NCBI GenBank assembly: GCA_021836725.1
Contig: JAKBHL010000011.1
Span: forward strand, 18,210 to 82,209
Origin: a bacterium
GTDB taxonomy: Bacteria > Patescibacteriota > Minisyncoccia > Phycocordibacterales > Phycocordibacteraceae
Direction: 5' to 3'
DNA: 64,000 bases
Of this stretch, positions 49,496-57,617 are shown in pieces; within the stretch, counting starts at the first letter, position 1, and every line of letters starts with the position of its first letter. A program made the translations under genes and the position numbers. A model generated the notes under the pieces. It saw only the letters and a list, made by a program, of their open reading frames with translations, made no database searches and was not told where the DNA came from.

Positions 49496-49797
49496 TCGAA
49501 GCTTACAGCTTCAGTACACCTTGTGGATATTTTGCTTCAGGAAATCGCAAAATATGCTCACAAGGTTTTCGATTCTCCTACGCAGGCCTCCCAGGCCTGC
49601 TATCCCGCACAATTTCTCACCAGGTTCTAAATTGTGCGGGATAGGAGAACCGTGATTACACTTTCGGTCACGCATAATTTCTTGCTAGAAATTTGCGCGA
49701 CCCCGCCTCGCGCCGTCGCGCTCCGGCCTTCGATTCTCCGTGCAGGACGCGGAGCGTCCTGCACAATCCCGCACCTCCTCGCTAGAGGGCTCGTCGG
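49494..49797 (-). mobile_element. Two tandem tRNA-anchored mini-elements behind tRNA-Gly(TCC)
   Basis: 16-bp direct repeat GTGCGGGATAGGAGAA at 49797-49812 and 49634-49649; split anti-tRNA copies with GCAGG hairpins at 49729-49774 and 49568-49610. Confidence 0.65.
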
Positions 49798-49868
49798 TGC
49801 GGGATAGGAGAATCGAACTCCTGCTCTCAGTTTGGAAAACTGACGTTCTACCATTAAACTAATCCCGC
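49798..49868 (-). tRNA. tRNA-Gly(TCC)
   Basis: Cloverleaf; anticodon loop TTTCCAA; discriminator A. Confidence 0.95.
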
Positions 49869-49906
49869 CTAGAGCGAGAATACCATTTTTAGGATAGTGT
49901 AGTCAC

Positions 49907-51085
49907 ATGTCGCGCTTCGCGCACTATCTCAGCATCATCGCAGCTCTCATCCTCGGAGCTTTCATCGTTGCTTTCTCGAGCCATCCGGCTGTTTCGCATA
50001 CCCCTGTAGCGGCTACCCCTGCCGCCTCTTCAACCCTTTCCGTGGTGTCCGGCTCTGTCGCCTCCACGAGCATTGATTTGAGAGGGAGCGCGACGACGAC
50101 TCGTTCTGAGCAAACGGCTCCTGAGCCCGCTCAGAAAAAGACTGCCGCTCCGAGCGCTCCTACGTCCAAACCCGCTCCCGCTACGCCTGTTTCGACGTCC
50201 ACGCCGCCTGCATCAGAATCGGTTTCCGCTCCATCCCCGCTTCCTTCATCCGGAAGTGCGGAATTTGATGCTTCCGCTGCGGCGCTGCGCGCCGCACTCG
50301 TAAACATCATCTGTTACGCTCCCGCCGGAAGCGGTCTACATTCCATTTCCGGCAGCGGCGTTTTCATCAGTCCCAAGGGGATCATCCTCACCAATGCGCA
50401 TATCGCGCAGTATTTCCTTCTCTTCAATCGCGGCGTTTCCTGCACCATACGTTCCGGAAGCCCCGCAGTGAGCCGCTATACCGCAAAACTCATCTTTATT
50501 TCAAGCGCCTGGGTGCACGCCAATGCGAGAGTGCTCACTGAAGCGACTCCAAGCGGCACGGGCGAATACGATTTTGCCCTCCTCGCCATAGACGCGAGCG
50601 TTACGGCCGACCCGCTCCCCGATCCGTTCCCCTTTGTGCCGCTTGCCACGACCCCTCCGCCCTCCGGCACCCCGGTCGTCATCGCCTCCTATGGCGCGCA
50701 ATTCCTTGACCCAAGCCAAGTGCAGCACGATCTCTTTCCGACGATCGTTTTCGGTTCGGTAAAGAATGTATTCACCTTCGGCACGAACACTATCGATGTG
50801 CTCGCGCTTGGAGGTTCTGCGGCGGCGCAAGAAGGGTCCTCGGGCGGCGGCGTCTCCAATGCCTCCGGCACGCTTGTCGGCACTATCACCACAAGCACGG
50901 TGCAAGGCGCAACCGCCACCCGTTCTCTGAGCGCGATAACCGCTTCCTATATCCGCGCCGAGTATGCAAGTGAAACAGGACAAGCGCTTGATCTCCTGCT
51001 TGCGGAATCGACTTCGACCGCCATCGCAAATTTCGCGCCGCAGATGCCTCCGCTCGAATCAGTATTAACCGCTGCCTTGCCCTAA
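49907..51085 (+). CDS. Membrane-anchored trypsin-like serine protease
   Basis: N-terminal TM, S/T/P linker; ILTNAHI, YDFALL and EGSSGG triad motifs. Confidence 0.85.
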   Translation: MSRFAHYLSIIAALILGAFIVAFSSHPAVSHTPVAATPAASSTLSVVSGSVASTSIDLRGSATTTRSEQTAPEPAQKKTAAPSAPTSKPAPATPVSTSTPPASESVSAPSPLPSSGSAEFDASAAALRAALVNIICYAPAGSGLHSISGSGVFISPKGIILTNAHIAQYFLLFNRGVSCTIRSGSPAVSRYTAKLIFISSAWVHANARVLTEATPSGTGEYDFALLAIDASVTADPLPDPFPFVPLATTPPPSGTPVVIASYGAQFLDPSQVQHDLFPTIVFGSVKNVFTFGTNTIDVLALGGSAAAQEGSSGGGVSNASGTLVGTITTSTVQGATATRSLSAITASYIRAEYASETGQALDLLLAESTSTAIANFAPQMPPLESVLTAALP

Positions 51086-51249
51086 AGCCATTTTCAACCC
51101 CCAATCTCCCCGCGAAGGGTATGCGGCAGAAAGAGGCTTACGGAGCGCGACGGCGTAAGTTCGAGCTGCTTTTAGAGCAGAAAAAGACAGCGTACTCCTT
51201 TCTGTCGCATACCCTTCGCGGGGGAAGCGAAGTTTTGAAATGGATTCTA
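51083..51249 (+). repeat. MITE/REPIN-like repeat, copy 4
   Basis: Same core as copy 1; starts at the protease TAA and ends TTGAAATGGATTCTA. Confidence 0.85.
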
Positions 51250-51296
51250 ATCTCGGGCGAATGCTCCGCATTCTCGCCCTCCTTCATTTCTTTCAG

Positions 51297-51367
51297 TCGG
51301 GCCGCCGAGAATTGAACTCGGTCTGCTTGCTCCCAAAGCAAGTGTACTACCGGCATACTCCGGCCCG
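51297..51367 (-). tRNA. tRNA-Pro(TGG)
   Basis: Cloverleaf; anticodon arm CTTGC-TTTGGGA-GCAAG; atypical G8/G14. Confidence 0.9.
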
Positions 51368-51388
51368 TGAATGGCCATTTTAGCAGTT

Positions 51389-51784
51389 TTAGGCTATATG
51401 CGGCAGATAGCGAACCAACGCTTTGCCATCTCCGCGCCGCAGCCATACGAGACACCCGTCTATCTGCCAATCCCCTTCCCATCCTTTTTCAAGAACATAC
51501 CATTCTCCCGTTCGCGCGACCTTCCGTATCTTTGCTTCATGGAGATTGAGCGACGGATCATACTCGTCCCGCGCATTTCTTTCGTCAGGGAATTCACCGG
51601 CGAGAACGGTCTTCACTTCTACAACATGCAGTACGCCGACTTTCTCCGCAACGATGTCGAGCTCTCCGGTTTTACGAGCGACATTGCGATCAACGATCCT
51701 AAATCCATGCCGCCGCAGGTACTCTGCGGCAACCCGTTCCCCCAAAGCACCAATTTCTTTCCGACTTTTAGCCGAGACGTTCAC
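51389..51784 (-). CDS. yraN: YraN family PD-(D/E)XK nuclease
   Basis: GALGERVAAEYL, GELDIVA, VVEVK. Confidence 0.92.
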   Translation of the reverse strand: MNVSAKSRKEIGALGERVAAEYLRRHGFRIVDRNVARKTGELDIVAEKVGVLHVVEVKTVLAGEFPDERNARDEYDPSLNLHEAKIRKVARTGEWYVLEKGWEGDWQIDGCLVWLRRGDGKALVRYLPHIA

Positions 51785-51859
51785 GACCTTTAGAAATACG
51801 GCTCATTTCCTAAGTATACTCTAGGGTCAATCATTTTTGTCATTACAGACAGGTGTCCT

Positions 51860-51889
51860 TTATCCCCATTGTGCACAGGTTTGTACACA
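51860..51889. promoter_or_regulatory. Cluster of three near-consensus DnaA boxes
   Basis: TTATCCCCA, TTGTGCACA and TTGTACACA in tandem. Confidence 0.45.
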
Positions 51890-51936
51890 GTTCAAAAATC
51901 GTTTTGTAATCACTATTTATTCGTCTTTTCCCTCGG

Positions 51937-52007
51937 TGCGGGCAAGGGTAATCGAAACCCTGTCTCGTGCTTGGCAAGCACGCGTTCTGCCACTGAACCA
52001 TGCCCGC
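51937..52007 (-). tRNA. tRNA-Gly(GCC)
   Basis: Cloverleaf; anticodon loop TTGCCAA; T53-A61 pair; discriminator A. Confidence 0.93.
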
Positions 52008-52013
52008 AGGCTG

Positions 52014-52697
52014 TTATATACTCTCATAATATCCTTCGTTCATCAATTCCCCCGGGAATATCTTTAGCCACTCGAGCACTTTCTCTTTAAAATACGTACT
52101 GGAAACCGCGACGAGGCATACTCCCCACAGTAGCCGTTTAGTCTTATGCCGGCCGATGATTTGCGTGCATTTTGTAAAGTTCGATACCGGTAATCCTGAT
52201 GCTTCCGCCCAATACCGTACACACCTCTCTTTATTCAAATCAGGATACACGAGTATGTGTGCCCTGATTCTATCAATTGGAATTCGGCAGGCATGAGTTA
52301 AGAAGAAAACATATAATTTAATGAGTTGTGGATCAGTATTGGCGAGTCTTACACCGTTTCGTACTTGGCTCTTGTCGCCCTCTCCCCAATAGAGCATGAG
52401 GCCGGCGATAAAAAGAGGGTTGTGTTTCAGTTCTAGAAAGTCGTTTCTGGCCTCTTCTCGTGCCTCTTCATACGCGCGTTTGAGATGTGTTCCCCGTATT
52501 TTGTCCAGTTCAATTAATCGGACGATGTGTTGCTTTTGTACTGCGGCCGCTAATTTTTTGGCCATAGCATTTGACCAATCGATTTTACTGAACCAATCCG
52601 ACAAAGTTGCTTTCGGAATTTTCAGTGCGGCGTGTATCTCATTGTAGCTCTTTCCATTCCTACGCATATCGAAAGCAATTTCCTTGTCTTTTCGCAT
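52014..52697 (-). CDS. HTH plus LAGLIDADG-like protein between two tRNAs
   Basis: N-terminal RRNGKSYNEI..LKIPKATLSDW HTH; IAGLMLYWGEGDK and LANTDPQLI LAGLIDADG-like core; AT-rich. Confidence 0.7.
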   Translation of the reverse strand: MRKDKEIAFDMRRNGKSYNEIHAALKIPKATLSDWFSKIDWSNAMAKKLAAAVQKQHIVRLIELDKIRGTHLKRAYEEAREEARNDFLELKHNPLFIAGLMLYWGEGDKSQVRNGVRLANTDPQLIKLYVFFLTHACRIPIDRIRAHILVYPDLNKERCVRYWAEASGLPVSNFTKCTQIIGRHKTKRLLWGVCLVAVSSTYFKEKVLEWLKIFPGELMNEGYYESI

Positions 52698-52767
52698 ACA
52701 GTAATTATACCCCAATGAGGGTTCATTTATGGATAGCACACTCAATCAAGGCAGCGGAAAACTTTTG

Positions 52768-52839
52768 TGCCCTCGCCAGGATTCGAACCCGGAACGTCTG
52801 ATCCGAAGTCAGATGTGATATCCATTTCACCACGAGGGC
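52768..52839 (-). tRNA. tRNA-Arg(TCG)
   Basis: Cloverleaf; anticodon arm TCTGA-CTTCGGA-TCAGA. Confidence 0.95.
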
Positions 52840-52899
52840 GTGCGTTTATAGTACGGCACAAATACTAAAAAACCAGACATATCGTGGTACGATTTGAGG

Positions 52900-54363
52900 A
52901 TGCATTATCGCGTTCCGGAGGAGGTCTCAAGAGTCGGGAAAGACCTGCGGGGCGCAGGCTATGAAGCATATCTTGTCGGCGGGTGTGTCCGCGACCTGCT
53001 CATCGGCCGAGAACCGAAGGATTGGGACATCACCACAAACGCGACACCGGAACAGATTCAGGGTGTATTTCCTGACTCTTTTTATGAAAATGACTACGGC
53101 ACCGTCGGTGTAAAAACAGGCAGCGGAGATGAACGGACGGCCATAATCGAGGTAACGCCTTACCGTACCGAATCCGCATATTCGGATAGACGCCGACCGG
53201 ACAAAGTTGAATTCGGCACTTCCCTTCTTGAAGACCTCGCCCGTCGCGACTTCACCATCAATGCCATCGCACTCGATGATTCTAAAGGACATCTAGTCGA
53301 TCCTTACGACGGTCAAAAGGACATAAAGGACATGATAGTGCGGACTGTCGGCGACCCATCCGAGCGTTTTAACGAAGATGCATTGCGTATGCTTCGCGCG
53401 GTTCGTTTTGTCGCCGAACTTGGGTTCGGGATAGATGGCAACACCGCTGCTGCAATAAGCGAAAATAGCAAGCATTTAAGTGGCGTTTCACGTGAAAGGG
53501 TTCGAGATGAACTCGTTAGAATACTCAATTCGAACCAACCGATGAATGCGCTCGTTCTCGCACAGCAACTCGGTATTCTTGTGTTTATAGCGCCGGATCT
53601 TACGCGCGGTATCGGTGTTGAACAGAACCAGGCGCACAGTTATGACGTTTTTGGGCACCTTATGCGAACCATGCAACACGCCGCAGACAAAAATTGGAAC
53701 TTCGATATACGTCTTGCCGGGCTTTTCCATGATGTCTCAAAACCGGAAACGCGTCGATGGTCTGATGAAAAGAAAGATTGGACATTCCATGGACATGAGG
53801 TTGTTGGTTCACGTGTAACAAAGAAAATACTCGAGGATTTGCACTTTTCACGCGAAACAACTGAAAAAGTCGTAAAATTGGTGCGCTGGCACATGTTTTT
53901 CTCAGATCCAGAGCAAATAACGCTTTCTGCGGTTCGAAGGATGATAAAGAATGTCGGAGAAGAGAATATATGGGATTTGCTAAATCTGCGCATCTGCGAC
54001 CGTATCGGTACGGGAAGACCGAAAGAACAACCGTTCCGATTCAGAAAATATAAAGCAATGGTCGAACAAGCTCTCCGTGACCCTATTTCAGTATCTATGC
54101 TCAAAACGGATGGGAAGCGCATAATGGACTTATTCAAAGAGAAACCAGGGCCAAAAATAGGTTACACGCTCCACGCTCTCCTCGAGGAAGTATTGGATGA
54201 TCCGGATAGGAATACCGAAGAATATATCGATAAACGCACGAAGGAGCTTCTCTCTATGCCTGAGGACGCTCTCAAGAAGCTTGGGGAAGCGGGTAAAAAA
54301 CGTCGTGAAGCGGCAGAAGACGAGGAAATAAAGCAAATAATGGAGAAACACCACGTTTGTTAA
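52900..54363 (+). CDS. cca: CCA tRNA nucleotidyltransferase with HD domain
   Basis: VGGCVRD, DWDITT, RRDFTINA, EDALRMLR, HDVSKP. Confidence 0.93.
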   Translation: MHYRVPEEVSRVGKDLRGAGYEAYLVGGCVRDLLIGREPKDWDITTNATPEQIQGVFPDSFYENDYGTVGVKTGSGDERTAIIEVTPYRTESAYSDRRRPDKVEFGTSLLEDLARRDFTINAIALDDSKGHLVDPYDGQKDIKDMIVRTVGDPSERFNEDALRMLRAVRFVAELGFGIDGNTAAAISENSKHLSGVSRERVRDELVRILNSNQPMNALVLAQQLGILVFIAPDLTRGIGVEQNQAHSYDVFGHLMRTMQHAADKNWNFDIRLAGLFHDVSKPETRRWSDEKKDWTFHGHEVVGSRVTKKILEDLHFSRETTEKVVKLVRWHMFFSDPEQITLSAVRRMIKNVGEENIWDLLNLRICDRIGTGRPKEQPFRFRKYKAMVEQALRDPISVSMLKTDGKRIMDLFKEKPGPKIGYTLHALLEEVLDDPDRNTEEYIDKRTKELLSMPEDALKKLGEAGKKRREAAEDEEIKQIMEKHHVC

Positions 54364-54674
54364 TCGCGTATAAAACAAGCCGCCCGTCCCATCCCCGCAG
54401 CGAAGCTGACGGGGTATTGGGCGGGCGGCTACCAGGGTGTTTTGCTGGACAAAGTGCGGCCTCCGCCGCACATATTCTATTTCGGCCATTCATCCCCGCT
54501 GCAAAGCAGTCGGGGGATTCTGGCCGATTCCAGTAAAAATGTTCCACGTGGAACAATGGAAATAAAAAACCGCCCTAAGCGGTTGGATAAAAAAGGAGCG
54601 GGGGCGTAAATGATAGGTATCCAACCAGAGAATTAAGGGCGGTTTTTTAAACATCGGCGCTTTCACGTGGAACA
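53484..54674. other. parS: parS cluster (5 sites)
   Basis: TGTTCCACGTGGAACA 54540-54555 (perfect palindrome), GCTTTCACGTGGAACA 54659-54674; inside cca: CGTTTCACGTGAAAGG 53484-53499, TGGTTCACGTGTAACA 53805-53820, CTTTTCACGCGAAACA 53844-53859. Confidence 0.85.
54378..54527. repeat. Pair of related hairpins, PATE/IS200-IS605-end-like
   Basis: ATCCCCG-CAGC-GAA-GCTG-A-CGGGG and ATCCCCG-CTGC-AAA-GCAG-T-CGGGG within longer stems. Confidence 0.5.
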
Positions 54675-54827
54675 CCGTGCGCAGTCGTTTAGTGCGGATC
54701 GCCGCGGCGTAAGCAGGTGTCTCGCTGAGCGCACTGATAACGGACAGAACAACAAAGAACTTCCTGTCCTCAAATCAAGATATACCTGTAAAAGACAATG
54801 TAAAGGACACGTTGTGGATAATGTCCT

Positions 54828-55598
54828 TTAGAGTGCGAGCGTTACCGAAAGAGGGCAGTGATCCGAACCGTATATGTCGGCATGGATTTCAGCTTTTTTT
54901 ACATGCCGCATGAATTCATTTGCAACAAAAAAATAATCAATACGCCAGCCGACATTTCGATCGCGTGCATGGGTCTTCATATCCCAATACGTATACGCAT
55001 GCGCCATATGGGGGTGGAAATGACGAAATGAATCGATATAGCCGGTTCGCACCACTTCGTCGATCCATGCACGTTCTTCGGGAAGAAAGCCCGTATTCCC
55101 TTCATTTTCTTTCGGGCGCGCGAGGTCGATCACTTCGTGGGCGGTATTCACATCTCCGCAAAATATGACCGGTTTCTTTTCGCGGAGTTTCTCCGCGAAT
55201 GCGAGAAAGGCGTCATAGAAGCGCATTTTGTAATCAAGCCGTTCGGGGCCTTGCCCCCCGTTGGGGAAGTACGCGTTCAACAACCAGAAATCCTCATATT
55301 CCGCTCCCACGAGCCGCCCCTCCCGGTCGAACTCTTTGATGCCCATGCCATAGATGACGAACAGTGGCTCGATTTTTGAATAAATCGCGACGCCGCTATA
55401 GCCTTTTTTGACCTGCGCGGAAGAAAAGAAAGAGGAGAAACCGGCGCCATCGCGCATGGCATCCGGAACTTGTTCCGGGTTCGCCTTAGTCTCTTGCAAG
55501 CAGAATATATCGGGCTTCGTTCCTTTCAAAAACGCTTCCCAATAGCCGTTTTTCCCGAGCGATCGGATCCCGTTCACGTTCCAAGAGACGATTTTCAT
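54828..55598 (-). CDS. xth: Exodeoxyribonuclease III
   Basis: SWNVNGIR, LQETK, GDVNTAH, WRIDYF, SDHCP. Confidence 0.97.
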   Translation of the reverse strand: MKIVSWNVNGIRSLGKNGYWEAFLKGTKPDIFCLQETKANPEQVPDAMRDGAGFSSFFSSAQVKKGYSGVAIYSKIEPLFVIYGMGIKEFDREGRLVGAEYEDFWLLNAYFPNGGQGPERLDYKMRFYDAFLAFAEKLREKKPVIFCGDVNTAHEVIDLARPKENEGNTGFLPEERAWIDEVVRTGYIDSFRHFHPHMAHAYTYWDMKTHARDRNVGWRIDYFFVANEFMRHVKKAEIHADIYGSDHCPLSVTLAL

Positions 55599-55625
55599 GC
55601 GCGTATTGTATACCTTCCGTGCGTC

Positions 55626-56525
55626 CTACGCGCGATTTTTACCGTGATATTTCTTATGGATTTCGCGCAGATGCGTATCGGTGACATGAGTGTATATCTG
55701 GGTGGTATTGATCGAGGCGTGCCCGAGAAGCTGCTGGACAGAACGGATATCGGCGCCGTTGCTCAAAAGGTCGGTTGCAAAAGAATGGCGCAATACATGG
55801 GGCGTGACTTTTTTCGTGATCCCCGCTTTTGCCGCAGCGCGTTTGATGATACGTTCGATGGAACGAGGCGTAAGACGCGAAGGAATCTGGGTACCGGTTG
55901 GCATATTCACGAAGAGCGCGTCCGCCATATCCTTGCGCGCTTCGAGATAGGCGGCAATGGCGCTTCGAGCGGTATCGGAAAGGAAAACAACGCGCACTTT
56001 CTCGCCTTTGCCGCGTACCGAGAAGGAATCTCGCGTAAGATCAAGATCATTATCAAGCGCACAAAGTTCGGAAACGCGCAGCCCGGTTGAGAAAAGCGTC
56101 TCAAGTATCGCGGTATCGCGCAGATCCCTTTCCCCGACTCCCCGCGCGGATTTCAAGAGACGCTCAAGCTCAACGGGCGTTATGAGGTCGAGTTCACGCT
56201 CGGGGAGTTTTGCAAGCTCGATGCGTTCAGGAGAAATGCACTCGATCTCGCGCTTGCGCAAGAATTTTAGAAACGCACGAAGCGCGATCATGTAGTAATT
56301 CTGCGTTCGGCGCTTCATGCCGCCGCCGCCGGCACCCGGTTGGCGGTTCAGCCATTGGCGGAACTCGCGTATGTTCTGCTCGGTGATATCGGTGACTCTC
56401 GCAACGCCGGTCTGCGCGAAATAACGCGTCAGATAATGATCATAATTCTCGATGGTTTTCACCGCGCGCCCCCGCTCAATCTCGATGTATTCGAGAAATT
56501 GCCGTTTCGCAGCCTCAGCTTCCAT
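55626..56525 (-). CDS. Xer-type tyrosine recombinase
   Basis: TGLRVSEL, GKGEKVR, HVLRHSFATDLL, LLGH, TQIY. Confidence 0.93.
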   Translation of the reverse strand: MEAEAAKRQFLEYIEIERGRAVKTIENYDHYLTRYFAQTGVARVTDITEQNIREFRQWLNRQPGAGGGGMKRRTQNYYMIALRAFLKFLRKREIECISPERIELAKLPERELDLITPVELERLLKSARGVGERDLRDTAILETLFSTGLRVSELCALDNDLDLTRDSFSVRGKGEKVRVVFLSDTARSAIAAYLEARKDMADALFVNMPTGTQIPSRLTPRSIERIIKRAAAKAGITKKVTPHVLRHSFATDLLSNGADIRSVQQLLGHASINTTQIYTHVTDTHLREIHKKYHGKNRA

Positions 56526-56599
56526 CGAAACAGTATAACGCACGCAATATTGTGCGACACTTGCATATATGGATAAGCCGTGGTAAGGTAGTGAAATCC

Positions 56600-56866
56600 A
56601 TGCTTACCACAAAGAAAAAGGCGGCAATCATAAAGAATACCGCCCGTCATGACGCGGACACCGGTTCTCCGGACGTGCAGGTCGCGCTTCTTTCGAAACA
56701 AATTGACGAGCTCGCCAAGCATCTCAAGAAGAACCCGAAAGATTTTCACTCGCGCCGCGGCCTTCTCCAGATGGTCGCCGATCGCCGGACGCATTTGCGC
56801 TACCTTGAGACGAACGACAAGCGCCGCTACAGCGCGATCGTAAAAAAGCTCGGTCTCAAGAAGTAA
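56600..56866 (+). CDS. rpsO: 30S ribosomal protein S15
   Basis: DTGSPDVQVALL, KDFHSRRGLL. Confidence 0.97.
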   Translation: MLTTKKKAAIIKNTARHDADTGSPDVQVALLSKQIDELAKHLKKNPKDFHSRRGLLQMVADRRTHLRYLETNDKRRYSAIVKKLGLKK

Positions 56867-56989
56867 GACTTTCTAAAAGCTTCATCTGCGGCGTTGCGGG
56901 TCCCGAAGATTTTCTCGCCGTACATCAGAGTACGTCTCCGAAAATCTTCCTCCCGCGCCTTGCATCTAAAGCTTTTCGAGAAGTCTTTA
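56864..56989. repeat. Divergent palindromic MITE-like element starting at the rpsO stop
   Basis: TAAGACTTTCTAAAAGCTT...AAGCTTTTCGAGAAGTCTTTA ends; inner GAAGATTTTC/GAAAATCTTC and paired GTAC. Confidence 0.7.
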
Positions 56990-57060
56990 GAAGGCGGGGA
57001 AGTGGTAGAATGGTCGTAGGCAGGTATTTTATTATTTCGTTTTCATAAGTACTTATTTTT

Positions 57061-57576
57061 ATGGCAGTCATCAAACATCCGGCGCAGCGCGTAGGAGTGT
57101 TCATCGATACCCAGAACCTCTACCACAGCGCCAAGCACCTCTATAAGGCGCGCGTTAATTTCGGTAAAATCCTCGAGGAGGCCGTCGGCGGCCGCATTCT
57201 CGTGCGCGCTATCGCCTACGTCATTTCAACCGAAAGCGGCGAGGAGAAAAACTTCTTCGAAGCGCTCACCAAGATGGGCATAGAGACGAAAGTGAAGGAT
57301 CTCCAGATATTCGCCGACGGCGCGAAGAAAGCCGACTGGGATGTCGGGCTCGCCATTGACGCGGTCAAGCTCGCGCCGAAACTCGATACGGTCGTCCTTG
57401 TGACCGGCGACGGCGACTTCATCCCGCTCATCCAATACCTCGACATGAATGAGGGGTGCCAAGTCGAAGTCATTTCCTTCGGGAAATCTTCCTCCGGCAA
57501 GCTGAAGGAAGCGGCGCATGCGTTCACTGACTTGTGCGACGATCCGCACAAGTTCACCATTGCGTCGCGCGGATAA
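57061..57576 (+). CDS. NYN/LabA-DUF88 domain protein
   Basis: FIDTQNLY, KADWDVGLAID, TGDGDF. Confidence 0.92.
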   Translation: MAVIKHPAQRVGVFIDTQNLYHSAKHLYKARVNFGKILEEAVGGRILVRAIAYVISTESGEEKNFFEALTKMGIETKVKDLQIFADGAKKADWDVGLAIDAVKLAPKLDTVVLVTGDGDFIPLIQYLDMNEGCQVEVISFGKSSSGKLKEAAHAFTDLCDDPHKFTIASRG

Positions 57577-57617
57577 CTTGCCGCAGGGCGCATCGGATGC
57601 GCTACTATAAGTACCAA

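Noticed and set aside
55626-56525. Tyrosine recombinase as a prophage or island integrase
   Set aside because: Xer-like size and motifs, flanked by housekeeping xth and rpsO, with no att repeats or phage genes.
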